Part shown: positions 36,534 through 50,329 of the stretch, piece by piece
Layout of the letters: each line of letters starts with the position of its first letter
Numbering within the stretch: the first letter of the stretch is position 1
NCBI RefSeq assembly: GCF_004010195.1
Contig: NC_057753.1
Location: 1,514,023 to 1,578,022, forward strand
Length of the DNA stretch: 64,000 bases
Reading direction: 5' to 3'
Source: Chiloscyllium plagiosum
Lineage: Eukaryota
Notes under the pieces: generated by a model
Databases searched by the model: none
Seen by the model: only the letters and a program-made list of their open reading frames with translations
Told to the model about the DNA's origin: nothing
Made by a program: the position numbers and the translations under genes

Positions 36534-37546
36534 TGTTATGACACGGGGTAAACCCTCCTGCTGAATTTAACCCAGCAACACAGAAAAGATTTATCCCATG
36601 CAGTAATCCGTGAAAATTCGAAAGGTCAAGAAGTAGTTAAAATAAACACTTGCTTTTTTAAGGTATAACAGAGAATAATTAACTAACAGGTATTTACAAT
36701 TCCTTCCTTTAATCTAACTTTTACGTGGGTGGCATGGTGGCTCAGTGGTTGGCACTGCTTCCTCCCAACGCCAGGAACCTGTGTTCGATTCCAGCCTCGC
36801 GCAACTGTCTGTGTAGTGTTTGCACATTCTCCCTGTGTCTGCGCGGGTTTCCTCTGGGTGCTCCGGTTTCCTCCCACAATCCAAAGGTGAATTGGCCATA
36901 TTAAATTGCCCATAGTGTTAGGAGCATTAGTCAGGGTAGATCTGGGTGGGTTACTTTTCGGAGGGTTGGTGTGCACTTGCTGAGCCGAAGGGCCCGTGCC
37001 TATACTGTAGGTAACGTAATCTAATCAAACCTTCCCTTCTATAATATTCGTCTGATAAAATGCCCGATTAAAATTTACAACACAAAACTTGTTATCACAA
37101 AAGAAATCAGGTTGCTTTCAGTTCTTCTCTGTATTCCTATCTTCTTTTCTTCTTCTTGGGGATTCTGCTTCACAGATTACTGATCAAGAAAGGTACTTTG
37201 AAGAGAGCTATTTTTCAGGCAGTCTTTACATGCTGGTAGGTTGGCAGTTCATCTCTCAACTGTCCAATCTTCCCTGATCTTAGACCTCCAAAGCATTGGA
37301 TTGTGTCATTGGCTTTTAAAGTTTCAATATACTCAATTCAAACTTGATTGGAATTTGCTATGCATTTTGGGTATAATTTAAACCGATTGACCTAACTCGA
37401 ATGTGTTTTTGTCTTCAGGCAACGAGCTACCCTAACTGCTAGACCAAAAGGTTAAATTATACCTGTTTTTCAGAACACTTGTTGCTGTTGGGAGGTTTGT
37501 TGCTTTTAATTCTCTTAAAGTTACAGTACACCACACCTGCATGACA
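36534..37546 (-). repeat. 5' LTR of the Gypsy element, containing a plus-strand HE1-like SINE at ~36727-37027
   Basis: tgttatgacacggggtaaaccctcctgct...gtacaccacacctgcatgaca. Confidence 0.9.
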
Positions 37547-39004
37547 ATATGCTCAGTGGCATGTCCTCGAACAGCTCTCTGCTGTAATGAACTCCACAAA
37601 TTCGTAACCCATGACAGAAGAAATTCTTACTTGTTTCTGTCTTAAATGTGGCACATCTTTCTCTGAAATTATGCTCTCAAAGCGAAACAAACTCTCAGCA
37701 TCAACCCTGTCAAGCCAACTGCGAAACCTGCATGTGCCAATACGGTCACCTTTCGTTCTTCTGAACTGCAATGCTTACAACTCAATCTACTTGACCTCTC
37801 CCCATGAAAAAATCCTCGGTGCCTGGAATCGGTGAATCCTCTCTAGACTGTCTCCATTGGCATTGTATCATATCTTAGATAGGGGGAAATCAAAATTCTT
37901 CATTTTATTCATGGTGTTGTCTAAGTAATACCATGTATAGTGTTCACAAGACACCCCTATTTCTATATTACATTCCCTGAGATAAAGATTAATATTTCAG
38001 TTACCTTCCTTATTATCTCCTGAGCCTCTTTTTCATTTATGCACGGAGACCTCCACATGCATTTGTGCTGCAGCTTCCTGGAGTCTTTTTAGATGATAGC
38101 ACCTCCACAAAACCTCATTTTCTACACTATATTGCTTCTACCAAATTTTTGGCGCGCACTTAATCTGTCTATATTTCTCTGCAGTTGTTTTGTGTCATCC
38201 TGACCAGTTATCTTCTCACTAGTTTTTCTGATTATACATTCACGTGCCTCATTTATAGCATAAATATATATTGTAAATAATTGTAGTCGCTATACTGATT
38301 GCTGTGATACTCCACTCGTTGCGGATTGCCATCTGGAAAACGTCTCTCCTTACCTAACCCCGTCTTCTATTCACTACCCAATTCTCAAACAATGGAAATA
38401 TACAACCGCCCACGATGGGGTCTTGTGAAGCAATGCATTGTTCATGACCTAATCAAACACCTTTTGGAAATTCAGATGTGTTACATTTATTGGTTTCCCC
38501 TTTATTGTCCTGTTTGCTGGCTCTCCAGAGAAGTATCATCGATTTGACCAGCATGGTTTCTCTTTTGATAAAGCTGCATTGAATCAACTTGATTAGATAA
38601 CGCAGTTCAAAAAATAAGCTATTGTATCATTTGTAACAGATCTAAGGTTTATCTAACGCAAATTATAATCTAACTTACCATATTTTATGTCTCCCGCTGT
38701 GTTTTCCCATCCTTTGAGACTTTTGCAGCAACTAAAGAGTGTTGGAAGTTTGCTGCCATGCATCCATTGTCTCTTTACTTAATTTCTTTGACATCCTAGG
38801 ACACAGCCCACCAGGTGCAGGTGACTTATCGCATTTTAGCCACAATAATTTTCCTAATAAGTTTTTGAGTGATAATTATTGCATTTATTTCCTCCCCTCC
38901 TAGTGCCCCTAGAGTATTTAGTACGTTAGGAATTCACTTCGTGGTTAATTCAATGCAAAGCTCAATTCCAACCAACACCTCGCCTCACCCAAAACAAGGC
39001 CTCT

Positions 39005-39660
39005 TAGAGACATAGAGACATAGATTTCTACAGCACGGAAACAGATCCTTTGGTCCAATTCATCCATGTCAACCAGATATCCGAACCTAATCTAGTCCCA
39101 TTTGCTAGCACTTGGTCCATATCCCTCTAAATCTTCTTGTTCATATATCCATCAAGATGTCTTTTCAATGTTGCAAATGTACCAGCCTCCGACACTTTTC
39201 TGGCAACTCATTCCATACATGCAACACCCTCTGCGTGAAAGAATTGCCCATTAGATCACTTTTATACTTCTCCCCTCTCACACCAGACCTCTCGTTCTGA
39301 ACGCCCTGACCCCAGGAAAACGGGGAAATGACCTTGTCTATTTATACTATCCATATCCCTCATGATTATATAAATCCCTATAACGTAACCCCTCAGCCTC
39401 CAATGCTCCCATGGGAAAGCAGTCCCAGCCTATTCAGCCTCTCCCCAGAGCTCAAATCCCCCAACTCTGGCAACCCTTTGAAGTTTCACAACATTCTCCC
39501 GACAAGAAGGAGACCGGAATTGCACACAATATTCCAAACGTGGCCTAATCTATTTCCTGTAGAGCCGCAACATGACTTCCCAAGTATTATACTCAATGCT
39601 CTGATAAATAAAGGAAAGTATACGAAACGCCTCCTTCACTATCCTATCTACCTTCACTAA
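39005..39660 (-). mobile_element. CR1 LINE 3' fragment
   Basis: Antisense CR1 tail gacatagagacatagatttctacagcacggaaacag, and LEYCVQFRSP relic. Confidence 0.8.
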
Positions 39661-41319
39661 ACCTATCTATACTCTCTATCTTGAGAAATATGATTATTTA
39701 TCAATGTCTTCACCGATTCTCACTTCACTGTAATTGGGATTACATCTGTGGGGAGGATGTGATAGCTCTGGGTTAGGCCACAAATTCTAAATAAATCGTC
39801 ACTGGGCCTGTGTTTGCAGCTCCAGGATGATTTCGTTTTCCCTGGGATCATTGCAGGTTTGCAGCTGCCATCATTGCTTCATAGGGTTCACAATGTATGC
39901 CCAATTGTCTCAGTTGTAAATCTATTTCTTGTTATTCTCATCATAATTCACAAAGAAAGACTACCAAACTTTTGGAAATCTTGGGATGGTGCCTTGTTCA
40001 TAAGGTCAAAGCCAGTCATGCACATCGGGAACAACCCGCAGACATCCTGAAGTAACCCTCCTCTAGTCCAAAATATAACTGTTAATGATGCCTATGTTAT
40101 GCCAATCATTTCAAACATTTCACGTCAATGTTGCTACTGTCACTTTTATTTCATTAACTCCAGTGCTTTGCCAGACCATTATGGAACAAATTATTAAATA
40201 CTTATCTACATGTTGATTACATCAATATGGTTATCAACATTCTGAGGTTAAGTGTTAATATCATTTGTCAGAAACTATAGTGTAAATTAGTGAAGTGATT
40301 AAGTTTCAACTACAATTAAATGACAACTGACAATGAACTTGATAATCAATTAAATTTCAGAAGATATGAACGACCAACCAATGGAGACCTCTACATGAAT
40401 TACAAATGCAGACCAGTCAGTTCATTTGGTATTGTATAGAATCCCTACAGTGTGGAAACAGGCCAGTTGGTCCAACAAGTACACAGCAACCCTACGAAGA
40501 ATAACTCACCCAAACTCTTTCCTTTCCCCTACATGTCTCCTGACTAATACAACCATCTAACACATCCCTGAACACTATGCGCAATTTAGCATGGCCAATT
40601 CACCGAACCTGCACATCTTCGGACAGTGAGAAGAGACCAGAGCACCCGGAGTAAACCCACGCATACATGGGGAGAATATGCAAACTCCACACACACTGTC
40701 GCCCTCGGCTGGATTTGAACCTGCATCCCCTGAGTCGTGAGGCAGCAGTTCTAACCACTGACCCACTACGCCCCCGTATATGGAAATTGTATTATAAAAC
40801 TGAAAAACACAGTGAATGTCTAAAATTTGGAATATGAGGAGGAAATTCTGGAGGCGAAAAAATGCGCTAACCAATTTCATGGAGACAGAAATTGGTTCAA
40901 GTTTCACGTCTGTGAGCAAGTAAGAGGGGACAAGAAGTGGATGTGGGGCAGAAGTGGGAAGATGAACGAAAGGAACAGTCTATAGAAGTTGTGAAGTCAA
41001 TGACAACAGTCAAGGCACTGAAGATGTACCTGTATGAGGTGCAAATAGAAGCCTCGAATGCAAAAAAGATCATAGAAGATCGAGAACAGAAAACAAAGTC
41101 AGAAATCAAATCACACATTCCTTCAACTTCTACGTCTGAAGGCTGAATATTGCCTCCCATTACTCCTCAGTTCAGATTAAAAAACATAGAACTTACTTAT
41201 TCCCTCTCCAGCTGTGCAGCACGGATGAGGAGATTATGTCCCCACAATCGACTCCCCAGCTCCACAGGGACTCACATTGGAAAATCCCACTTCTGGGCAG
41301 CGCTGGGTAAAGAGTCAGG

Positions 41320-41762
41320 GTGAGGTATTATATATTGATTTGAGGCTGCAATACCAAGGTACATTGTCGGTTTAGAAGGAAGTCTCATAAGCAAAGATGA
41401 AGGGCATGTCACTGATAAAGCTCAGTGCAGGCAGTTGCCTATAACCTCAGCTGCTACTTTCTTGGTGCAATATGTCATTTTCTGCTTCTGGGACCAAATA
41501 GCATTGGATCGATCAAAGATGAAACTGATAGTTACCCAGACAAAAGAATATCTGACTGCACCAGTTCACACAACACTGGCACTACAGACCAGAGTGATGG
41601 ACAGCAGTGTCATTGTGAAATAAACACTCATAATCCAGTTTAATATCACAGCTATGATAATAATCAAAACACCTGTCGCCGCCATGGATAGCAGATAATA
41701 CACGATCCATTTAGAAACACAACACTTTTCCCATCACAAGATAACAATCACCGAAAGTTTAT
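41320..41762 (-). pseudogene. Truncated GPR139-like paralog-B pseudogene (5' half of exon 2)
   Basis: KLSVIVIL*WEKCCVSKWIVYYLLSMAATG...FIFDRSNAIW..YCTKKVAA; acceptor AG mutated to AA; 3' half deleted at 41316-41319. Confidence 0.85.
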
Positions 41763-44147
41763 TTTTGCAAAAGAGATATTTAAGAGTGAATACATGATAT
41801 CGACAAATGAAGATACAGTCAAACTAAGATAAAAAACAAACATTTGGTCATGCTCAATTTTCTGTAACCAATTACAAAGAGGGAAAATAGTCTAAATTTT
41901 GGACTGAAAATATTTCTCTTGAACTGTAGAAAACAACATTTAATTCACGTTATGTTATAGCTGCAATAGAAAGATATTCTCAGCTTTGCAGTCAACATTG
42001 ACGTTCTTTCGCTAGGATACACTTGCAGAAAATTCACTTAGTTTTGCTCTTGGCAATTTGTACAGAAGAAAAGCAGCAAAAATAATCTCAAACCCTGATA
42101 AATTATGGAAACCAAAATATTTCATGTCTCAATGAAACGGGTATAAAGAAAGTACATCACAAAGGCATTTGGGGATCTTTTTTCAGAAAGCACCAAAAAC
42201 TAGTATACTGGTTAATAAGGAAGGAAACTGGGGAATCTCAGGGAATGGAGTCTGGAAATGGTGACGTCTTGTGAAAACTACTTAAGGTATCAATTAGGTT
42301 TCACCTAGAATAATATGAACAGTTTTGGCCACCATATGTGTGGAAACATATAATATTTCTGAGGACTGTCTGGAGAAGATTCGCTGATCCCACGTGTGGA
42401 GGGACTTTCTGAAGAGATGAGGTTAAGTTACATTGTAAACATTGGAGATTAAAAGAATGAGAAGTGACTTTTTTTGGAACATTTATAGTGTAGAGGGCTT
42501 GACAAGGTATATGCTGAGCGTTTGTTTCTCTTTGTGGCAGAATCTGGGACGGGAGGGTATAATAGGTTGCGATTTTAATACAGACACAAGGAAGAATTTC
42601 TTCTGTTAGAGTTTTGTGAATTTGTGGAGTTCATTTCCACAGAGAAGTTGTAGAGGCTATGTCAATAAGTATTTCAAGGCTGAGATTGATGTTTCTGAAT
42701 CAGTAAGAGATGCAAAGGTTCCAGGAGAAGGCAGGAAAACGAGGCTGAGGATTATCTGCTTGCCCGTGATCTCACTGAACGGTGGAGCAGGCAGTGGGTT
42801 TCTGTATGGAATATTATTTATGTTTGTCCTTCCCAGATATGATTAGAAAAAAGATCATCAAAATCTTTAATTATGATTACTGGTCCATTGACCTTAAGTC
42901 TAAAATACAGAAGAGGGGTATGAATTTGGTGCGGCATTTAAATTGGCACTTGAGAACAGGCATAGGATAAGGAGTAGGCCATTGACCCCTCGAGACTGCT
43001 TCAATATTCTATAAGATCATGCTTCATCTGTCAGTTAATTCAACATATCTGCCTTGGACCGATATTTCTTAATGTTGTTTAATAAAAATTTGTCTATCTC
43101 AGATTGAAACTTAACATTGGAATTGGCACCAAGCACCATTTGAGGAAAAGAGTTTCAAAAACTCCACTGCTGGTGATTTCTAACGTCTCTCGTGAATGGC
43201 CTGTCCCTAATTCTCAGATTATGCCCCCAGTTCTATAATCTTCAACCAGTGGAAATAGTTTACCTTTCCCTCACCTGCCTTTTCCTATTAATATCTTCAA
43301 TACCTTGATTAGATCACCCCACAAGCCCAACGCATACACCGGATCTGCTCAGATGAGGAGGAACGTGACGGACACCCGGAAGTACTCAAGGATGCCCTCA
43401 CAAGAACGGGGTACAATGCCCAACTCATCGACCGTCAGTTCCGACGTGCCACAGCAAGGAACTGTAATGACCTCCTCAGGAGACAGACACGTGCTGCAAC
43501 CGACAGGGTACCCTTCGTCGTTCAGTATTTCCCAGGAGCTGAAAAATTACGCCATGTTCTTCGAGATCTGCAACACATTATCAATGAGGATGAACACCTC
43601 ACCAAGACCTTCCCCACACCTCCACTACTTGCCTTTAAACAATCACCAAACCTCAAAGAGATCGTTGTTCGTAGCAAGCTGCCCGACTCTCAGGACAACT
43701 CCATACAACCCTGTCACGGTAGACGCTGCAAGACGTGTCAGAGTGTGGACATAGATACCACCATTACGCGTGGGGACACCCCCCCCCCACCTTGTATATG
43801 GCATGTACTCATGTGACTCAGCCAACGTTGTCTATCTTATACGTTGCAGCAAGGATGCCCGGAGGCATGGTACATTGGGGAAACCAAGCAAAGTCTACGA
43901 CAATGGATGAATGGGCACCACACAGCAAACAACAGCCAGGAGGGTTCCCTCTCAGTTGGGGAACACTTCAGTGGTCCAGGACATTCAGCCTCGGATCTTC
44001 GGGTGACCATCCTCAAAGGTGGACTTCGAGACAGGCAGCAGAGAAAAGTGGCCGAGCAGAGGCTGATAGCTACGTTCAGTACCCATAGGGAGGGCCTCAA
44101 CCGGGACCTTGGGTTCATGTAACATTACAGGTGACCACCATTGCACT

Positions 44148-44430
44148 ATACACACACACAGATACTCCTACACACACACACTCTCACACACACACACAGG
44201 CACTCCTATACACACGTACACATGGACATACATATACACAGACGTGCACACAGACACCCACACACACTCTTCAGACACACACGCTCCCACACTCACACAT
44301 GCACCCCCTCACAGACTTAAGACACTCTGCACTCTCTCTACACACACACATACACTTTCTCACACTCACAACCCCCAACCCAGACAGATGCACACACACA
44401 GGCAGACAAAGACCCACATGCACACATATA
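44148..44430. repeat. (CA)n-rich low-complexity tract within the Penelope 3' region
   Basis: Imperfect cacacaca runs. Confidence 0.9.
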
Positions 44431-44799
44431 TTTTGTGGGGTGAATTTGTACTTGTGGGGTTACATTGTACTTTGCTCAAAAACTACATTCGTTCATGCAG
44501 AACTCTGAGCTCAAAAACTGCATGAATTTATGTAAAACTCCGTCATCTCACATTTTAGAGTAGAATCAATCTAAACATCATGGCATAGACAGAGAACACA
44601 GGGGGCCAACACCTCCAACATATTGAAAATGCAACTTAACAAAAAAAGTTTTTGTGATTTACACATGAAAGAAGTTAAACTATCACTGTATTCGAACAGA
44701 TGAAAGGCTTAAAAGACAATCAAGTTTTCAATGTATAATTTAGGTTACATCACACTAAATTTTTGCTATAAATTCTGTTAGGATTGAGCCCTCTACTAT

Positions 44800-44834
44800 C
44801 ACCTGATGAAGGAGCGTCGCTCCGAAAGCTAGTG
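44800..44834 (+). ncRNA. Minimal type I hammerhead ribozyme-like motif in the Penelope terminal repeat
   Basis: CAC-CUGAUGA-A-GGAGC(GUC)GCUCC-GAAA-G-CUA-GUG: 3-bp stem I, 5-bp stem II, palindromic AGCU stem III, NUH = CUA. Confidence 0.6.
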
Positions 44835-47800
44835 TGCTTCCAATTAAACCTGTTGGACTATAACCTGGTGTTGTATGATTTTTATCTTTGTACACCCCAG
44901 TCCAACACTGGCATCTCCAAATCCATAAAGTTACACATTGTAGGGAATAAACACTTAATTTGTCTAATCTGTTCGTTTAACTTAAACCCTGAAGTGCAGG
45001 TATCGTCCTCGAAAACCTGCATTGAGCACCTCCAGGGCTAAAACATTCTCCCGAGAGTGTACTGCCTAGACCTGTTCCCAGCATTCTAAGTGGGATCTAA
45101 ACAGGATTTTGTATAATTGCAGCATAGTATTTGCATCCCGATATTGCAGCCCTTTAGATAGGAAAGCCGTCATTCCGTGAGTCTTCTTGACGATTTTCTG
45201 CACGTATTCATGGCAATTTAAAGATCTATGCACCTGAACCCCCAAGTCACTTTGGACATCAATGGCTTTTGATATTTTGCCTTCGGTAAATTATCCAGAT
45301 CCAAGCAATTGTTAGGAATAAATGCTTTATGAAATGAAAACTAATAAAAAAGTAATTACTCTGAGCACATGTTCCCTGAAAGGGTGAGGTCCTAGTTAAT
45401 CTGTCACATGACCTTCATTACATCTCAAGTGATAGACATTACGTGATGCTTTGAGATGTAATAACACATTAAATGATATCTTCGTTAAAGAAAACAGTTC
45501 AGTATTAAATTATCCAGTGAAGACAGCATTCATTACATGAGCATCCATTACAATTCCCTCCACATAGTAGCTTTTATCTCCAGTAGACCTGGCTACAGAT
45601 TCCACATTCATATGCAAGGAACTCATTACCGACATTTTGCTGGTTCCCATTTCGCTTTTGAGGGGTCTGAAAATATCTCTTCGCAGATCAGCCCCTCTCC
45701 AGCTATACAACCTTCCCAGCTTTTGCCGCCCAGCGACCTTTGCAGGTTCTCTGTAACTCCTGTCTCCAATTGCGTTCACTTTCCCAACATTGTGGTTTTC
45801 GATCCTCCTGGCTGGCTGGCCTCTGTTTCGCCTTGCAGCCCAGCGACCTTTGCAGGTTGAATCCCTATCAGCCTGCAGCCTTCATAACTTTTGCATGTCA
45901 GATACACACTGCTGCTCCAATTAGAGGTTGCTTGTTCCACATGTTTGCTTTGATAGGCTCGTCAAAGATTATGTCCATTCTACTACCTTTCTCTGATTGG
46001 TTGTCACAATGACTGAATTTTCTTGGGGTTTTAGTGATGAAATTGCGTACTGCTGCTTAGCGTTTGAGTGTTGCAGACTAGTTGTAATAATAAGATGACT
46101 TGTTAAATGCTGCTGGTTGATCTTTGATCACTTTGCTTAACATATTGACGGAACCTATGACATCCTGCACTTTTGGAATCACATCGTTTTCGTTAATCTG
46201 AAGAGTGTCTTGTTCTGAGGTGCTCCATCAGTTGAACATTAGACATAAATGGCTTTCTTACAAAACGTGTCATCCCTCATGTGGGAAAAGATTATGAAGT
46301 CTTGCAGGAGACACACGCAGATCCCTGACAGGATGCAGAAACAATGAAATGCAGCGCTGTTGTGATGTTTACCACAATGTGGTCAACTATGCATGATGTC
46401 TTCTTACAGGTGACAGCAAATTTGAAGGCAAACATTCAATAAAGTCTGAGCCTCCGAAGGCAAGGTTGCCTCGACACATTCAAAAACCTGATCGTCACTC
46501 AGTGTAGATTGTGTTGGGGGATTGTCTTCAGTGAGTTCGAGCTCTGTGTTCGTGTGCTTCCTTGTTGAGCAATGATGCTGGTAATTTTGGTGACTGTGCT
46601 GCTCAACTAGCTCCCAATCAGAAGTCCACACCAGATCTGCAAGAAGCCGCTCCCATGCCTCTGAGAAGGCCAACAGCTGTGAAGTCCAGGTAAAGTAAAA
46701 CAACGTTCCAAATTGACAACTAAGATTTATTTTACCTGCAGTCATAGTGTCATCTAGATCTACAGCACAGGAACATGGTGCGACTCATCCATGCAGACCA
46801 GACATCCAAACTTAATCTAGTCCCATTTGTCAGCATTTGGCCTGTATCCCTCTCGACCTTTCCTGTTCATTTCCCCATCCAGGTGCCTTTTAAATTGTCA
46901 TTGTACCAACCTCCACGACTTGCTCTGGCAGCTCATTCCATACATGTAGCAACTTCTCGTGAAAAGGTTGTGGTTAGGTCCCTTTTAAATCTTTTCCCTC
47001 TCAGCTTCAACCTACGTCATTAGTTTTAGACTCTCCCTTCCCGGGAAAGGGACCTTAAAGAATGGGAGTGCAAAGTTAGGGACGATATGTTTAAACTGAG
47101 ATGAGAAAGTTTTAAAGAGGACATGAGGAGCAACTTTTGTTGACAGAGAAAGTGGTTAGTGTGCTATTAAATTGAAATCCCACCAACCACCATGGCGGGA
47201 CGTGACTGAGAAACCCGAAAACATCACCTGAGTCTGTGTAGATTGCAACTCCACTTAAGAAACTTTTCGTCCTCAGCCTGATGCAACAACGTTCCCAAGA
47301 GTTTAAGGTGATTGACTGCTAACTTAGTATATTATTTACGCGTTGGTTTAAGTCGGACTGTCGTCATCATTTCAGTAAATGTATAACTCAATGTTATTGC
47401 TGTACACTTGCCGAGCTTTTGAAAGAGCTAAAAGCTTCTGATCAACTTATCACACTGGAGAGGGCGCACTTCAGTGAAAGATTGTACAAAGATTTGAACC
47501 CATATTCCAAACTTTCATGTAAAGTGGATTCATTTATCATAACGAAGAGGAACAAGAATGTCTGTATTTCCATGTTTGTCATCTACGATTGTATTCTGTA
47601 CAATCCAATGCAAGATAAACATAAACGACCAGAAACAAGAGAGTAGAAGCATCGGTTTATCATGTAGAATGTATTTATTTGCCTATTTTCAAAGAGTATA
47701 TGAGTGAGAAATAGAATCCACCGAAGCTGCATATCCTTGGATTGTGGGAAAAAACAGAGCACCAGGAAATCCACGCAGACATAAGCGAGCACATGCATAC

Positions 47801-50329
47801 TCCACTCCTGAGGTTAGAATAGAACCTGGGCCCCAAGCGCTGTAGAGCTAACTACTGTGTCCCTTACCTCAGGTTTCATTCAACGTGCGGCAAAGCCAGT
47901 GAGATCAGAGACTTTGCTGCTTGTCACATCTCGGCCTGAAATGTTTTCATTCCGACATATGTGATTGGTCTTAATCTATAGCTGGGATATGATTTAACGT
48001 TTGGCAATCGGTTTTGTGCATTTTACAACCTACCTCCAAATGAAATGTCTTTCTTCAGATTGTCCTCATGGTTTTGTGAGATGAAAATAAACAATAATTC
48101 ATTTACACTTTTAACATTTTAATTATTGTCCCCAATGTTCACCAAGGGGTCTGCGCTACATTTGGAGTGCAAACATCGATTTGGTAATCAATTTGTGGAA
48201 CAATATAAAATTCAGTCTGAAAACTGGACCCTGAGCTTCCGCTGATTTATCAGTTTAATTCTGTGCCCATTTCCGCCTCTTGTAAATTGCCCCAAGGAAA
48301 CTGAATGGGAGCTCGAGGAACAGCAGCTTGTTTTTCAATTCAACACTCTTCAAGCTTCCAGACTCAACAAGGATTTGAGCAGTTTCTGCATCACAGGTTT
48401 GCTGTGTGGACGGAAACCACTTGCCCTGAAAGCCTTGATTGTGCCTCCCATATTTAGACTTTGCCTGCTCTTATTTAATTTCCATTCCAATGGAAATAGC
48501 CATTATCTTACTCCCCCAACAGTTACCAATCAATGTCAAAATCATTGATCAAAGCCACCACTTAAGGTTTGAATTCCAGGGAATATCTCCCTCATTACAT
48601 GGTGATGCACTTTTAGCAGAAGGAATAGGGAGGCAATACGGAATTAATAATATAATTCTGAAGTGTATGCAAGGATTAAGGGCATATTCGATGTGCACAC
48701 ATCTTTGAAGATAGTTGATGTATTCGTCGTCAGTAAAGCAAATTCGATCTCGACCTTCAGTAATATTAGTATTGTCAACAAAATGGGGAAAGTAATATTG
48801 TACATTTATAAAGCTCTCAGGAGACCACGTGCTTTCTATCCACTTCTGATCATCACCTTTTGTAAAGACTGTGAGGGTGCTCGGAAGCGTGTAGAGGATA
48901 TTTATCAAAGTAGATTCAGCAAAGCAGGTTGAGACGAGATTTGGCTGAGTCACAAAATTTACAACATCTTTAAATAAGATAGAGAAATACAAAGCATTCC
49001 CGTTAACTGACTGAACTGTGATTAGGAACGGATTGACGTTTCTCAGAATAAAACAGAGGGGGGATGGGATAAGAACATTTTCACATGGTGATGCTGTGGA
49101 ACATGCTGACTCTGATGATGGTTGGAAAATGACACAGTAACTGGTTTGTAAACGAAATTGTTCAGCATTTGAGTGTTAGTTCATGCAAAGGTGGAACTGG
49201 GGAATGGATGTGACCTGATTATTGCAGTTGAAAACGACACAACACCAAGTTGTAGTCCAACAGGTGCTACCAAGTAAACCTATTGGATTATAATCTAGTG
49301 CTGTGTGATTTTTAGCTTCGTTCATCCTAATCCAACACCGGCTTCTCCACATCCTGATTATTGTAGGTAGCATGCTCGGAGTCAATGGGTCGAATGGCCT
49401 GCTCTGTTGCATAAGTAGTCTGCCTCTTTGGTGTAACCTCCCCTTCTATTCTCAACCTTTGAATTCACTTGTCACTAAATTCAAGTCTATTGGATCATTT
49501 ATTTGTGTGCAGTCCAGAACTGAATGCAGCTCTGCAAGCGTAATGTAAGCATAGTTTGGTTATCTTGGTGCATTTCTAGTCTCACTGACAGCTGAAATTT
49601 CCTCCCACTGAAAGAGCAAATGAACCTTAATCTTTCACATTTAGATGGCTATGTTACTCAGGGCCTCATGAATCGAAAGCCTCCTGATGCAGTGTTTGAC
49701 GTGAGTTTCCTGTGTGTTCATGCTCTGCTGTCACTGTCCCACATGTTTACGATATCTATCAACGTCAGCCCATTACAGCAATTCAGACGAGACAAATATA
49801 TGTATTGGTTTGCTTTTGCTGACTATAAGTCGTCCCAGTCTGACAATTTCAAAAAGGATGTCCTCATATTCTCTCCTTCTTGCAGGAAAATATTGGAATT
49901 AATTTAAGGGAGCATCACAGAGCCAGCATGGGCTGAAACCCAAGAGTTGTAGTGAGGGAGAGTAGAATCCCCTTTCATGAGATTTAGTTTCACTGAGACA
50001 ATTGGAAGCATGATGACTTTCTGTTTTTTACAACTGTCATGTCTCAAATAATCATAAAATTTTGGACACGCGTTTATGTACAATATTGAGGTGGCGAGAT
50101 CAGACATATTTTGGTTTTCACCATTTTTTTTTCTTGATTCACTTTTTGCCCATTTAATTCCACGTGTTTGTACGAACAAGTACTGGTTCATCTCCAGAAA
50201 CTGCTGATCACGATACATAAGATCAAACAGGAGAATTGAAGAGCATGGCCTAATCAATATGATGTATAAGTGAACATGAAAAGCAATGTATAATCTATAT
50301 TGCTGAACTCACATTGCAGTTTACTGTGA

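Larger units (their letters stand above)
30342..37546 (-). mobile_element. Ty3/gypsy LTR retrotransposon, Gmr1-like clade, full-length but decayed
   Basis: Two TG...CA LTRs; 4-bp TSD ATAT (30338-30341, 37547-37550); PPT aaaggggggaga at 31323-31334; PBS-like TGGCTCGGGTCCGTGATTT next to the 5' LTR; gag with degenerate zinc knuckle CFHC (35160-36350), protease LRNTGS (~34985-35005), integrase (CRACHTCQ, SAYHPE, GPYQ; 33285-34300), RT (LDIMRGYWQVPL; 32400-33100), RNase H (YTDHNPL...ADALS; 31500-31860). Confidence 0.93.
43321..44923 (+). mobile_element. Penelope-like retroelement, 5'-truncated (RT thumb, Cys-rich linker, GIY-YIG endonuclease, 3' terminal repeat)
   Basis: QAQRIHRICSDEEERD...PCHGRRCKTC...CDSANVVYLIRC...WYIGETKQSLRQWMNGH...AEQRLIATFSTHREGLNRD (to 44122); terminal repeat 44790-44923; empty site at ~21303. 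Confidence 0.9.
21900..45500. repeat. Segmental tandem duplication unit 2 (expanded by the Gypsy and Penelope insertions)
   Basis: Colinear paralogy with units 1 and 3, seen by eye across many blocks; boundaries approximate. Confidence 0.85.

Noticed and set aside
40897..41160. Charged ORFs (also ~13990-14190) as a coiled-coil exon
   Set aside because: Short, purine-rich, frameshifted between the two copies, and without convincing splice sites.
44109..44525. His/Thr-rich ORFs
   Set aside because: Translation of a (CA)n low-complexity tract.
48549..48992. 147-aa minus-strand ORF with partial paralogs at 6643-7072 and 25125-25388, considered as a novel or viral protein
   Set aside because: Overlaps the antisense of an ancient CR1 fragment and is frameshifted in the other units.
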